64,000 nt of DNA from Vicugna vicugna. Its lineage: Eukaryota. Made by a program: the position numbers and the translations under genes. The stretch is from NCBI GenBank assembly GCA_013265495.1, contig MU057416.1:1048545-1112544 (forward strand), given 5' to 3'. The notes beneath the pieces are model-generated. The model did no database searches and was not told the DNA's origin. It was given only the letters and a program-made list of their open reading frames with translations. This document shows positions 51,156 to 63,620 of the stretch, piece by piece; the stretch's first letter is position 1, and every line of letters starts with the position of its first letter.

Positions 51156-52539
51156 GTAGACCCACACAGCACTATCATCATTCCGATGTGGTATTCCAGC
51201 ATTTATTTCAACCTAGTAACGCAAAGCGAGAGGAGAAGCGAAAGCAACAGTAATCAGAGCAAACAGCAAAGAGGAAAAGGGGATTATAGACTCTGCATGT
51301 GACTCTTCAGACAACGACAGCTCAGTCGATTATGACGTGTGCAATTATGTTGCAACGAACGCCCACATACAGAGTTACACATGATCTGCAGCTGTACACA
51401 CACCCCACTTACTCAGTTTAAAAGAAGCATCGATGTTCATACTGTTTCAAGCCACATAAAGGCTTGAAAATGTGCACCCATGGGCTCGAGTCACTCACTG
51501 AGGAGGAGTCTCTTCCAGCAACCTAAAAGAAGAAAATTCAACTTAAATTTCAACATTGAAATTAGCTAGTGTCATACATTTACATTCCAACTTGCCTGGT
51601 ATCATCATCCAATCAAAATTCAGAAAAGATCCCTTTCCTTTTATCAACTATACAATAAGTGTATCAAACTGACCCCTCCCCAATTAAGGCACAAGACTCT
51701 CGTGAGACTAGAGACACCAGTCGTCCACGTGATCTTGCAGATGGTTCTTCCATTTATAAAACTTCTTTCCATAGAAGTTAAAACCTGGATTTTAGCCTTA
51801 TTAGCATCCGTGATTTAAACAATTACTCTAATTAGCTTATAATGTGTTAATTAAGGGAATATATATACATATCCCATTTATATAAATATAGCCCCTCGTC
51901 AATTTATCTCTCTTTTCTTCTTAGGTCCTGGGCCAGAGGTGCACTTGTTCTGGCTCATCACAAACACCAAGTCCTTCTCTCCAGAGAGTTTCAAAGACTC
52001 AAGGAAACATCCTTGAGCTTGCTAACTTTACTGCCCTGAAGAAAATGAATGAAACTGTTGATTCAAAAATCAGTCTTCTAACCAACTGACAATGTAACCT
52101 TGAGGTGTAGGGAGGTGCATTTTTAAATAATCTTGACATTTATTTCAAAGACATGAAAAGCCAGAAAAAGAGCCAGAATCCCAGGTTCCTATGGTAAGCA
52201 TCCAACTCCTCTGTGTTCCACAAATCTCTTCATAGCAGGGCGCAGGCAGCCCAGGCAGGACACTGAGGCTGCGGCACCAGGAAGTTTCTGTGTATTTAAC
52301 AAAAGAAGATGTCATCTATTTTAATTCAATTCCAATTTCTTCCTTGCCCTGAATTTCCCAAAAATAGAATTATGAAAGCACATTGTGAAAACAGACAAAA
52401 TTAACACACTATTTTGTTTGACAAACGATTCCAAACCTTGTATTCTCTGACCAGAACAACCAGTGTATTCCACACAGGATGCGCTTTGTGAAAATGTGTT
52501 AACGTGCTACCCTTGAAGAACATGACTCCTTTTTTTCAA

Positions 52540-53405
52540 AGGAACGTTACCTTTAGATTTTGAGAATGACCGACAGACAAACTGCCGTCGTTTAGATGTG
52601 GGTGCTTGGGGGACACTTCTCAAATATGAAGTGAACCAGTTACTTCAAGGAAAAAATAGAACATTTTTCCACTGATAAAATTCAGACGTTCAAGCGAAAA
52701 GTTGTATATTTCACTGCAAGTCTGACGGCCTCCCAGGACTGAAAGACTTTTGATGACATCAGTGGTGACATTAGCAAGTAGAATTTTTGACACTTGTCCA
52801 CATGTGGAAAATTTGCCACATTTGATGAACCTCTATTTTTCAAATCACCAGTATAAGATGTAACAAAATCATGCATAGGAAAAGGTGTATTTGAAGTGTA
52901 GAAAAGGCCAGTGAACTTCAGTGCAGTAGAGCACAAGGCGTCCACAGAAACGGCTTCAGAGTCCATATTTCAACTGAGAAGACATCGCTTGTGGGCTTCT
53001 GGCGTAGTGCCAAAGAAAAAGGCAATCATTAGCTGAAGAAGCTGTTGTGAGACTCGTCTTTTTCCTGACTTCGTATTTTGAAGACCACATTTTCTTATAA
53101 ACTTCAACCAAAACAATATATCACTACAGACTGAGTGCAGAAGCAGATGTGAGAATCCAGCTAGACGTTAAAGAGACTTCTCAAAATGCCACTTTTTACA
53201 GATTTTTTTTTCAATTTGGAAAATAATTGCTTTCAATTTTAAATGTGTTATTCAGTCACATATTTTTAAGAACAATACACTAATATACTTATAAGTCATT
53301 AATAATTTTTTTACATTCTCAGTTTTAACTCTGAACACAATAAACACTAATAGACATTGACTTACATAAGCAAAAACCGTTTGGAGTCCTAATAATTTTG
53401 AAGGG
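52540..53405 (+). mobile_element. Charlie1-like hAT DNA transposon fragment
   Basis: gacaaactg...cttcaaggaaaa...tgataaaattcagacgttcaagcgaaaa...aaaatcatgcat...gcagaagcagatgtgagaatccagct matches my recall of the Charlie1 transposase 3' region. Confidence 0.8.
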
Positions 53406-53494
53406 AACAGCTGCATAGTTTGTACGTAGGTACATTTCTGCTATTGTGCCATGTTATTGCCTGATTGTTTAAAGAAATAACAACAAAGGACTGA

Positions 53495-53904
53495 CGTGGA
53501 TGATTATAATCACCCAATCCTTTTTACTCTGAAATGCATATTTACTTGCCCAGCTAAATACTGCCCAGCCTCCCTTGCAGCTAAGCGTGGATATGTGCCT
53601 AATTTCTGCCTAGTGAGATATGTGCAAAGTGTTTATGTGGTGCTTTCAGGGAATGTCCTAAAAAAGGAATATGTGTTTTCTTCCTTCCTCCATACTGTTT
53701 CCCAGTAGTGATGGCTGACCCCTCGCAGCTGTTCTGGAACCTGAGGACAAGAGACAGAGGATGATAAATTGCAACAACTTTGTAGGGCCACTGTACCACC
53801 CCAACCTCTGAATTTTTTTTTATGAGAGAAATAAATGTGTTATTTAAACTATTGTCATTCCAGCTTTCCTATTATATACAGTCAAATTTAATCCAAAAAG
53901 TACA
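53495..53904 (+). mobile_element. ERVL-class solo LTR (LTR33/LTR16-like)
   Basis: cccagcctcccttgcagctaagcgtggatatgtgcctaatttctgcctagtgagat...gagagaaataaa...aca. Confidence 0.65.
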
Positions 53905-54689
53905 ATTTTGATGGGGAAAATGCTGTATATAAAAATTTGGGGTTTTCCAAATAGAATCTCAGGCAAGAAAAAAAAAAGTTTGCTCCATTAGCAAAATCAA
54001 AACATACAAGAAAACAACTAACTGTCCCACAAAATATGGAAAGACATGCTTTGCTCTAAGAATTCAGGTTTTATAACTTTGAAGAATTAGAGAGATTTTC
54101 AACAAGAGCCTAAAACCCTTGGTCATTTGAGTAATAGTTCTTTGATGATGAAGAGTGATCCAGATTTTTTCCCATGGATTCAAGAAAGAATGATGATTTT
54201 GAAATTATGGGAAATGTGTTACACGTTCATCATTTTGCCAGCATTAACCTCAGAGTATAAGTTTTAGTCTATCAAGAGTAAAGAGATAGGTCGGCTGCCC
54301 TCTTAACCAACTGACCAATGTGCAAACCAGTTCAGGCGAATTCCTCAGCTAACGAAGAGGCAGATCAAAAACTGTTTAACGAAACACAAATAAGTCAGTC
54401 AGCACAGGCTTGGAAAGGCTGCCTGTAGCCCTGCAAAGTGTCAGTCACATCCCCAGTCATCACTTCAAGAATTACTGTCTGCCAACGTTGTCATCTAAAA
54501 TGCGCTTACAGAGGTCGGAGAGCCCCATCTGTGCTCTGCGCAGAGGTGATGACATCGAGGGAGCGCGTCACAAGCCTCAGGTTAGTCAGTGGGTTTGAGC
54601 TGGTTTGGAGTCCCTCCCACTGACTGTGATCTTCTGACCCCTCAGTTTACAGCTTTCCGCTCTCTGTGCTGCACAGCACCTCTCCACTT

Positions 54690-54830
54690 CTGAGTTAATC
54701 ATTTCTCTGCCGTTATCTGCCAGGAGTTCTTATCTCTCCTGCTGTCACTTTATAACAGGGTCCCCTTATCAGCCCGCACAGAGTCATGTGATTAGCCCAA
54801 GCCTATCGAAAGTTTCCATTCCTCTGATTA
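54690..54830. promoter_or_regulatory. Candidate enhancer: three co-oriented GATA sites plus an HNF1-like half site
   Basis: TTATCT 54713, TTATCT 54730, TTATCA 54766; gttaatcatt at 54694. Confidence 0.4.
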
Positions 54831-56319
54831 GAAACCATCATGAAACTCGACACATGGTTTACAGCAGGGCACTGATGCTGGAAAAAGTACAGAGTCCAGG
54901 AAAAGACTTGCTTGTAACTTTCTGAATTCCTGGATTTTTTTTTTTTTTTTTTGCTTTTTCTTAACTTTCACTCAGGGAGTACTGTAGTCTGCATGTGTGC
55001 TCCCGACCACTACCAAACTTGACAAGCTGCACTGTTTCTTATGCTCAATGACTTCTGCTTTAAGCCAAAGGACTGCCTGTAATTTCACTAAGAATGTCTT
55101 CTAGTTCGGAGACTGGGGATTTACAGGAATCTCTAAAGCGCGGGCTTACACCTATTGGTAAGTAGGAGTTGCTCTATCTGTCAGCTACTTACTATCCTGC
55201 TGCTACGCTAATACATGTAGTAACTCAACCTCACTGATGTGTCTACTGTTAGAAGTCACGGCTCTTCCAACTGTGTTTATCAAAAGCACATAAGGCCATG
55301 TAAATATCACACATTTATCTTTCTGAAAGCTCAAAAGAGGCAAATGAATATTTCAAATATTATTCATTTGGTCCACTGTTTTTGGATGTCATTCTGTTAG
55401 CCTAAAACAGACAGGAAGCAAAATGTGCAATATATCAATTTCATCCCTAATACTTCCTGACGATTTTAAATGAGAAATAATAAGCTAAAATTTGAACAAC
55501 TTAAAATAAGTTAACCATATGGAGTCATCACTGATCAAACTTTAACAAATGCTTTCAAGTATCTGTGGAGTTTCAGATCACACCACAGTACCGATGTCTC
55601 ATTCATTGCAGATACTATAGAAAACTTCTGTTTTACATGCCAGAAAAAGCAAAAATTATACCATCATTAGTTAAGGATTAGAAGGTAAGGTTACTGTCTT
55701 CTTTTTTTTTCCTCAAAATAGTAAGCATGTCTTCTTTTCATAAACAGAATAAGTAAGTAAAGCTAATTTTCATTTTAAGAAAGAACAAATAATGGCGAGT
55801 CACAAGCATTAACGTTGCGGCAAGAATACCTTCACTTAAGCCTAAAAGCAAAGGACTAAAGGAAAGTGATTCCAGCCGTCTGTAATTCTTATCTGTGGAA
55901 ATCATGCCCAGCTTCCTTCCCACTAGTGTCCGAGAGGCCTGGGCCGTTTTGTAGCCCTGCCTGAGGCTGTCGGGCTGGAACTTCCCTGTAACTGGCAGAG
56001 GCCTGTCATCAGCGCTGGGTTCCTTCCAGCTCTGCTGGAACAAGAAGGAAAATCCAGGCTCCGGCTTTTCTTCTTCCTCCCTTGATAGCCAGATGACTCC
56101 ACTGAATGCAGTGATTGCTTTTTTTATGGGCCAACTACACCCTAAAGTATATCAATTGAGGAAATGGTTACCAAAAAATGTTCTGTACTTACGAGAAAGA
56201 AAACGCGGGGAAGGCAGGCAGAGTGCAACAGAGAATCAAGTGCTCCGCAGATAAAAAGGAACTATGGGCACGGAAGGGAGCTGGAAGAGGACGCAGAGCC
56301 ATTTCAAATCTTTGCTGGG

Positions 56320-57010
56320 GGCGAAGCCCCCGGGGCGCGCTGGCGAAGGGTCCCTCCAGGCAGCGGCAGCTGGAGGGGCGGCCTTGGCTGACGTCGGGGG
56401 CGCGCGGAGAGGCGCGGCCGGGCGGGGGGCGCGGGGGCGCGCGGGGAGGCGCGTCCCACCGCCAACGCGCACGTCGGGCGAGGGGATGCCGAGGCCACGC
56501 ACGCCGAGCCCCAGGGCGCACGCGGGGTGGCGGCCGGAGACGCCTTCACGCGGCGGACGCGGATCTTCGCTGAGCCCGTGGGCGCTCACACCGCGCGGGG
56601 TCCCTCCCGGCACGAAGCCAGAGCACCTGCACGTCTGGGGGCCGCGGGGTCCAGAGGGGCGACCGCTAGCGGCCGAACCTCAAGAAAGTCTCGAAGGAGG
56701 CGCCCAGGCCTCCGCGTGCCCGCGAACAGCCCAGACCCCTGCGGGCACTTCCGGGCGCCAGACCGGGGGAGGGAGGGGAGAGGTTCCCGTCAATTTTCCG
56801 GTTAAAGAGGACCTCTTTCCGGAACGCACTGGCTGCCAGCCGCCACTTCCCGGCCCAGGCGCGCGCTCTCCCGCGTCCCCGGACGCTGCAGCCCCAAGGA
56901 TGGGGGAGAGGTGTCCCCATTTGAGACGTCTGAGTCACCTGGAGGCGGCGGTTGGCACCGAGAGCCTTCTGTCCACAGGGAAGCCTCCCAGCAGAGCTGA
57001 GGGCCGTCCC
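56320..57010. promoter_or_regulatory. CpG island
   Basis: Very dense CpG with GC boxes, CRE-like tgacgtc at 56389 and ETS-like cacttccgg at about 56746. Confidence 0.8.
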
Positions 57011-59109
57011 GAGGGTTCTTGGCTAGACAGTCACCCGGGAGGCGGACAGAAAGGATGAGGGGACACTGGGGAGCCATCAGACGGGACAGTTGGGTCCCTG
57101 ATGGCCAGTTGCCTCTTGGATGGGGGTCTGATGGCCCAGGGCAGGCCCACTGAGAAACCACAGGTGCAGCTCAGAGTGGCTGCGGCCCTGGCGGCTTTGA
57201 GATGGCAAATTGCACGTTGGGATCAGGTGGGCAGAATTTCACAACACTGAGCCCAATGTATGTATGGCCCAGTCAGGATTTGAGCTCGGCAATTCAGCTG
57301 TGTTCTGCCGGGAAAGGTGCCTCTGTTTGTCTAAAAGGCTGTCTCTCTGCATCCTAGTTGAGCATGGCATTTTTCTAAAATGCACGTTGGTGGTTAAATG
57401 AAAATTGTGTTTAGCTGCCTGTGCTCACGTAGAAAAGTGAAAATAGGACGGCCTGCTCCTCCTGCCCGCCTGCAGGATCACCAGAGGGGCGTAAAGCAGC
57501 GGACTCGGGTTGTACCAGATCGGCCCCCTGACGTTCCCCAGCCCTGCGACGCTGCCCAGATGCTTGGGTTCTGCCTTAGGTTTTTTTTTCTTTTTCATGA
57601 GTGGAGTGACTTTACTGAATGATACGCAGTACTAATTTCAGTGCCATATCAGCCAAAGGGCCAAGTCTGTGTGATAGGAAATACATCATGTGACAAGTAT
57701 ACATTGACCCTCCTGCAATGTGCCCAACATTATGCTGTGATTTGTATTCCGTTTATGTAGTTCTTCAAATTCAGTGCATTTTCCAAGAATATTTATTAAA
57801 CAGTCAATCTGACGTCGCATGCCTGCCACAGGAAGTTCTGTCTGCGTAGTTAGGGGTTCAGAATACACAATGCACATGCCGTATCGAGACGTGATGTAAA
57901 TGTTGCTATCTGGTCCCCTTCACACTCTTGGAGTCTGATTTTCTTCTGGTGATAACCTCTAGTAAGCTCTGTGCCCTTAAAGATCTCTGGAAGTAGATGT
58001 CACACATGGAAAGTGAGACAGCCTGTATGTAACCTCTAGCTGATTTATCGGCAATGCAGTTTAGAACACCAGTCACCCAAACCCGTGTTCTGATTCTTTC
58101 TGCTGGGGATGGGCAGCCAGTTCCCTCCAGGAAGCTAACCGTGGGACCTCCTCACCTGCCCACCTCCAAAACAATGCTTCCCAGAGTCTCTTCCTTGGCC
58201 TGGATCCTCAAGTTGTGATGGGACTTAAAGGATTTCTTAATGTCTCTTTTAATAAACCAAGAGAGACGTGTGGAGTACAGGAGAACAGAGGCTTAGCAAT
58301 GCTTTACTCGACCCCTCCACCCAGACACAATGCCTAGGGTTATCTTGGATTCAACCCCGAAGTTGAGCTGGGCTAGAGATGGGCTCTGGGACAGTCCCCC
58401 ACCTGGTGATCCAACCCCCCCCCAGACACCTCCAGGGATGCCCTGTGTGGGGCAAGAGTCAGACGTCTTGCTCCCCAAGTCCAGAGCCCACTTTAGGAGA
58501 AAGCTACTTCTTAGTGTGTATGTCCTTCCTCTCCACTTGCTGGAACAATAACTTGAATGAGAAATCCAGTTGGCTTCAAGGAACTTCAGGAGTTCAGGGA
58601 GCACTGTGGTCTGGGGAAGAGCTGGAACGTGACCAGTCTGAGTGTGAGAGATTAAGCCTGGGGGAGCCAAGGGGACCAGACTGATCAATAAAGGCCTCTT
58701 TCAGGGCCTTTTGGGAGCGCCATTATGTGTGTTTTTGTGTGACTGATAAGTAACAAGACAGACTTTAACTTTTAAACTTCAAACAAGCTGAATAGCTGAA
58801 GCTCATGTGACTGAGCCCTGAGAACTGTGTCAAACACTGCAAAAGATGGTGGAGTTGGCCAGAACCTCCCACTGGGAAGATCTACTTGTCATGGTCCTTA
58901 GAATGGCTGTGACTCTCTTCCTGGTTTTTTCCTTACAGAAGGGTGATCTGGGGGAAGTTAAGGGGAAAAAGAAAAAGAGAAAAGAGAACTGCTATTAATG
59001 ACAGCCTGGTGGGCTCCTCTTGGGGCACCAGCTCATACATAAAGGTCTACTTATTACAAGAAAAAGTTTTCTGTGTTAACATTTTATTTTTTTAACATTT
59101 TTTATTGAT

Positions 59110-59670
59110 TAAAAAAATGGACTCAGATGATGAAATACTACTCAGCCATAAAAAAGAATGAAATCATGATACTTGCAGCAACATGAATGATCTGGAGATC
59201 ATCATTCTAAGTGAAGTAAGCCAGAAAGAGAAAGAAAAATACCATATGATGTCACTCATATGTGGAATCTAAAAAGAAAAAAGAATTTGATACAACATTG
59301 TAAAATGACTATAACTCAATTAAAAAATGTTAAAGAAAAAAAGAAAAAAGAGGACACTAATGAACTCATTTATAAAACAGAAACAGACTCACAGATATAG
59401 TAAACAAATATTTATGGTTACTGGGTGGAAAGGGGGTAGAAAAGGATAAATTGGGAGTTTGAGATTTGCAGATACTAACTACTATCTATAAAATAGATTT
59501 AAAAAAGTATTTCTTCTGTATAGCACAGGGAACTATATACAATGTCTTGTAGTCACCTATAATGAAAAAGAATGTGAAAACGAATATATGTATGTACATG
59601 GATGACTGAAAAATTATGCTGGACACCAGAAATTGGCAAATCATAACTGACTATATTTCAACAAGAAAAC
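59110..59670 (+). mobile_element. L1 3' fragment
   Basis: aatactactcagccataaaaaagaatgaaatc...ctggagatcatcattctaagtgaagtaagccag...gggagtttgagatttgcagatac. Confidence 0.9.
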
Positions 59671-60234
59671 AATTGTTTAAATTTTAAAAATAGACTTCTC
59701 AGTCAAGTGATTTACCCAGAATCACTCAGCTTGTCAGAAGAATGAGCTGTAAATGACACCCATGGATATGATTCTGAAATCCATGCTCTTTCAAGGTGTT
59801 ACCTTTTTGCCCTTGTTGTCATAACCAAATTATGATTACGAACAATGTTGGTCTACTCAGACTGTCTTCCGAAAGGCATTTTGGGCTGAAGAAAGACATT
59901 TGTAAATGGCTCTTTATTTTCCTCTTCAATCCACGGTGGAAATCTGATTTAGGACCCGCAAGAGTTCAGAAGGCTGGGGTGGGCGTGGTGTCTGGGTGGG
60001 GTGGCGCAGCCTGTGGAGCCCGAGGGCAGGGCAGAGATGGGTGGGAAGGCACTTCTGGTCTTCCACTCTGGAATTTCCTGAAAGGATTTCTGGAGCCTGA
60101 CGTTCAGCCTGCAGTTTCACGGTTTATGGTGCAGGGCGGCTGAGCGCATGGCAAGGAAATCGGGAGGACATGGGAGCACTTCCTTGTTAAAGGGTCCGTG
60201 GGTAGCAGGACAGGGAGGTCACTCAAAGTAAGTG

Positions 60235-60663
60235 ACTGAGTTTAGACAGGACTTTTTATTCCTAAGAAACAAACAAATGTTGTCTCATGAGGGGAGGAGA
60301 CAGGGAAAGATGGGTTAAGCACCACCTCCACCCACCACCCTTCTGAAGCACTTTTGACAAACCCGGGTGCGTCTCCTCCCGAGAAATGCTGATCTCACGC
60401 GCGGCGCTAATATTTTTCACAATAAATGCTGATTCTGGCTCCGGATCTGGACGTGTACATCCTCAGTGGCCCAAAGCCCCACCTCCTCCAGCTGTCCGTG
60501 TAGGATTGGAAAGAACTGGTCAGAGCGCGCCACCAGGTCCCTGAAGCAGCGTCCCACAGTTTCCAGACAAGAAACCCCGAGGGAAAGCGAAAGAGCTCGT
60601 CCCCAGGCTCGGCGCACGCTGGCCACCGTCTCTTAACCGCAGAAGTTGTCTTCAAGTTGGAGG
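60235..60663 (-). ncRNA. Candidate terminal exon of an antisense non-coding transcript
   Basis: Minus-strand acceptor gctccttttctaaccag|CCTCC at 60663 and minus-strand AATAAA at 60255-60260; non-repetitive and CpG-containing; no convincing ORF. Confidence 0.3.
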
Positions 60664-62199
60664 CTGGTTAGAAAAGGAGCAACCGCGGCACCTCGGGGAC
60701 CCCAACACTCTCCTTGCGTCCGCGTGGCAAGCCCCAGGGGGACGACACCACCGCGAGTCTTGCCTCTCCAAACCCCACTTTCTTTGCTGTCCCAGAGGGA
60801 CCCAAACTGCTGGACGCCTGCAGCTCTGCGGGTCCAGGACTCTGGGATCTTAACCAGAAACCCCCTGCGTGGGGGCTTTCCTAAGGGAAGAGCCTCTGGG
60901 TGGTCCACCCCCTCCAGGCCATAGCGGGAGACTCGGAAGCTAGGCAGCTCGTGACCCCTTCCCTCTGGTTGCTTCCAATCTGACCAGCTTCAGTGGAATG
61001 TCAGCCCAGAATCATCTAGTGTCAAGGATGGAGCGCCTGGTCCAGGTTGGGGGGTGGGGGTGGGGGGTGGAATCGCCAAGTGGGTGTCCAGCTGATTTCG
61101 CCAAGGGTTGGGTGGCGGGTCAGAGACCCTCACTCAGAGCTCTGGTTGGTTCCGAAAGTGGAGTCTCCAGTTCTGAGTTGGAGCTGACTTCCATCTCCAT
61201 TTCAATTACAGAGAGGAAGAGATAGATTAGATTGGACCACCTACCCAAGATTATTTCCCCGCCAGCTCCTTTCTAAGACCGGATCTCCCTGTTCACTTCA
61301 AAGGGCACCGGCCCTCCCAAGGTGGGACGCGCCTGGACCCCTGGGCTGGGGCAATTTGCCCCAAAGAAAATGAAGTCCAGAAGTTCCACAGCGAAGCCTT
61401 ATTAGCGAGAGCTGCAGATTCCAATCATTGAGGCCAAACTTTCCTTCAGGGCTAGGATGGGAGTTTGTTTTGGGGGAGGCGGGGAGGAGTCTGGATTACC
61501 CAGATAACTGCATCACCTTGCATCTTCTGGTGGGTGAAGACGGGGCGTGGTAAACTAAGATACTTCCGGCGTGAATGTGGTTCCCTCGCCGTCCCCGGGC
61601 CACCTCGTCCAGGGCGCAGTGTCTAAACTGGCGGCAGTTCTCCCTACTGCCCTCGACACTGTTGCTGAGGAGGTCTGAAGTAGTAATTGGCGAAGGGATT
61701 TTTTTTTAACATGACACGACTTCTCACCTATTCAAGTTTATTTTTTGAAAGGTTCGGCCAATTTGATGCTCTTTGGTAATTTATGTCTGCAGTGAAATTT
61801 AACCCCTCCTAAAAAAAAAAAAGGGCTTGAACGTGGGGGCGGGGCGCCTAGAGGCAGGGGCGGAGAGCCCAGCCCCCCCCCAGCTCAGGAGCGAAACTCT
61901 GTTCTTGCTAAACTTAATTTTCAGAGAAAGGCAAGAGAAATACAAAAATGGCTTACGGTGGGCTTTTCGGGGGGGGGGGGCGAAAAATTAGGCAGAGTCC
62001 AAGTTTCAGGAGACCAGTAAACCAGCTTCTCTTTGCCCTCGGGCTCTCTCGGCCTGGTGGTGGAGACTTTCTGGAGGGGATAAAAGTGTCTAAGCTTCCT
62101 CTGGGGCCGAAAAGTACACACGTGCTACGAGAAATGTGTTCTGGTCTCTCGAAAGCACCAAGTAGTCATGGAGGAGGCCTTCGAAATTGTTTGCAAGGA

Positions 62200-63620
62200 T
62201 GTGGACGGGCAAGCGTCGTGCGAGGCTGGCTGGGTGGTGCGAGGCTTCCCACCCGGGCGCGCGGGAGGCGAGGGTCTTCCACGCTGTGCTTCCGGGGATC
62301 TGTGTTTGCTGAGCCCAGGAAACTCGAACCTGTCCTCAAAGTCTTGACACTTTGTGCCTTTGCAGACTGCACGCGGGAAGTGCGCGGGGCCGACCGACAC
62401 CCCCCCCCCAGGTCAGGTCAAGGTCAGGCTGTTCCAGGCGCGCGCTCGGGAGCGCGGCGCGGAGGCGCGGGAAGGCGGAGGCGGGAGAGCAAGGCAGTGA
62501 CCTCCTCGCGGGCGGGGAGGCCCAGATCTCCTCAGCCCCTGCCCGCGGGTGGATGGGGCGCACGGCCCGTGACGCTGAGCCCGGATAAAATATGCCAGAA
62601 CTGTCTTCTTGGGCTCATCAAGGCTGCGGGAGCCTCCCCAAGCCATCATCCTTTGTAATTGCAACCGTCAATCAACGCTTTAAGACAAAGTCAGAGCCGG
62701 GAAGGACGAGCCTGGAGACCAGCCTCGTAGGAAAGAAGGTGGGGGCGTGGGGGACGTGGCGGGGAAAGGGAGCGAAGTTTGCCAGGGCTTGGCAGGAGAA
62801 CAGGGAGGAAACTGAGGAGGCGCACGGCAGCCGAAGCCAGAGCTGCCTCTCCGGGCCCCCCGGGTTCCCGTCTCCGGCCCCCACCTGTTACACTTCCCGC
62901 AGCTGGGGTGGATTCTTCAGTGTGCCTCCCCTAAGAGGCGGTGGGTGAGACGGCCCCGCCGAGGATGGGAGGCGTCGGCCCGCCTGCGGGGGCTTTATCA
63001 TTCCAAGGCGGTGGGTGTATCTTTCTGGGAGTGCAGACCACCGCCAGCATCGACGTTTCAGCCACACAGACCCTGCTCCCCCACCCCCATCTCATCTGCT
63101 TCCCCTCCTGGGGTCCGCTTGGCCCCCCTACCACGTGCTGCGGCCTCTGCCACCTACAACCATCCCCAGGCGACCGACCCGGCCCCGCGGCGGGCTCGGG
63201 CACCTCCGCCGCCGCCACCCTTCCCCGAGGGTGTTCTTGGGAGCCCAGCCCACCCCGGGTCACAGGGCTCCAGTGCGGAAAGGGTGCGCTTGGCCGAGGG
63301 CGGTAACGAGCGCGCGTCCGAAGCCAGGTACCGCCGCCCCTTCCTCGGCCTCTGCCCCAGGGTTGCGGACTCCGCTGCTCCCCTAAACCCCACGCGGAGC
63401 GCCCGGGGAAAGTGGACTGGACCCTCGGGTCTCTCCTGTGGGAGATTTCGGTGGACGAGGCGGGGTTTCGAGATACCCCGAGGGGATCCGGATGGCTGTG
63501 GCCCTCGGGAGCCCTTCCGTTCCTGGAACTGGAGGCCTGCAGCACCGAGGGCTCCATTTCTAAGCAGAGGAGGCTTTCTCTCGGCGTGAGACCTCCGCAA
63601 TCTCGGCGCCTGGAACAGGG
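62200..63620. promoter_or_regulatory. Large CpG island, probably the upstream part of a gene promoter domain
   Basis: About 1.4 kb of high GC and CpG; no interspersed repeats recognised from about 60.0 kb to the window end. Confidence 0.8.

Noticed and set aside
56264..57058. 264-aa ORF across a CpG island
   Set aside because: Stop codons are rare in GC-rich DNA, several frames are open on both strands, and it resembles no protein family I know.
60417..60626. 69-aa minus-strand ORF with protein-like composition
   Set aside because: GTG start and no recognisable homologue; kept only as part of a candidate non-coding exon.
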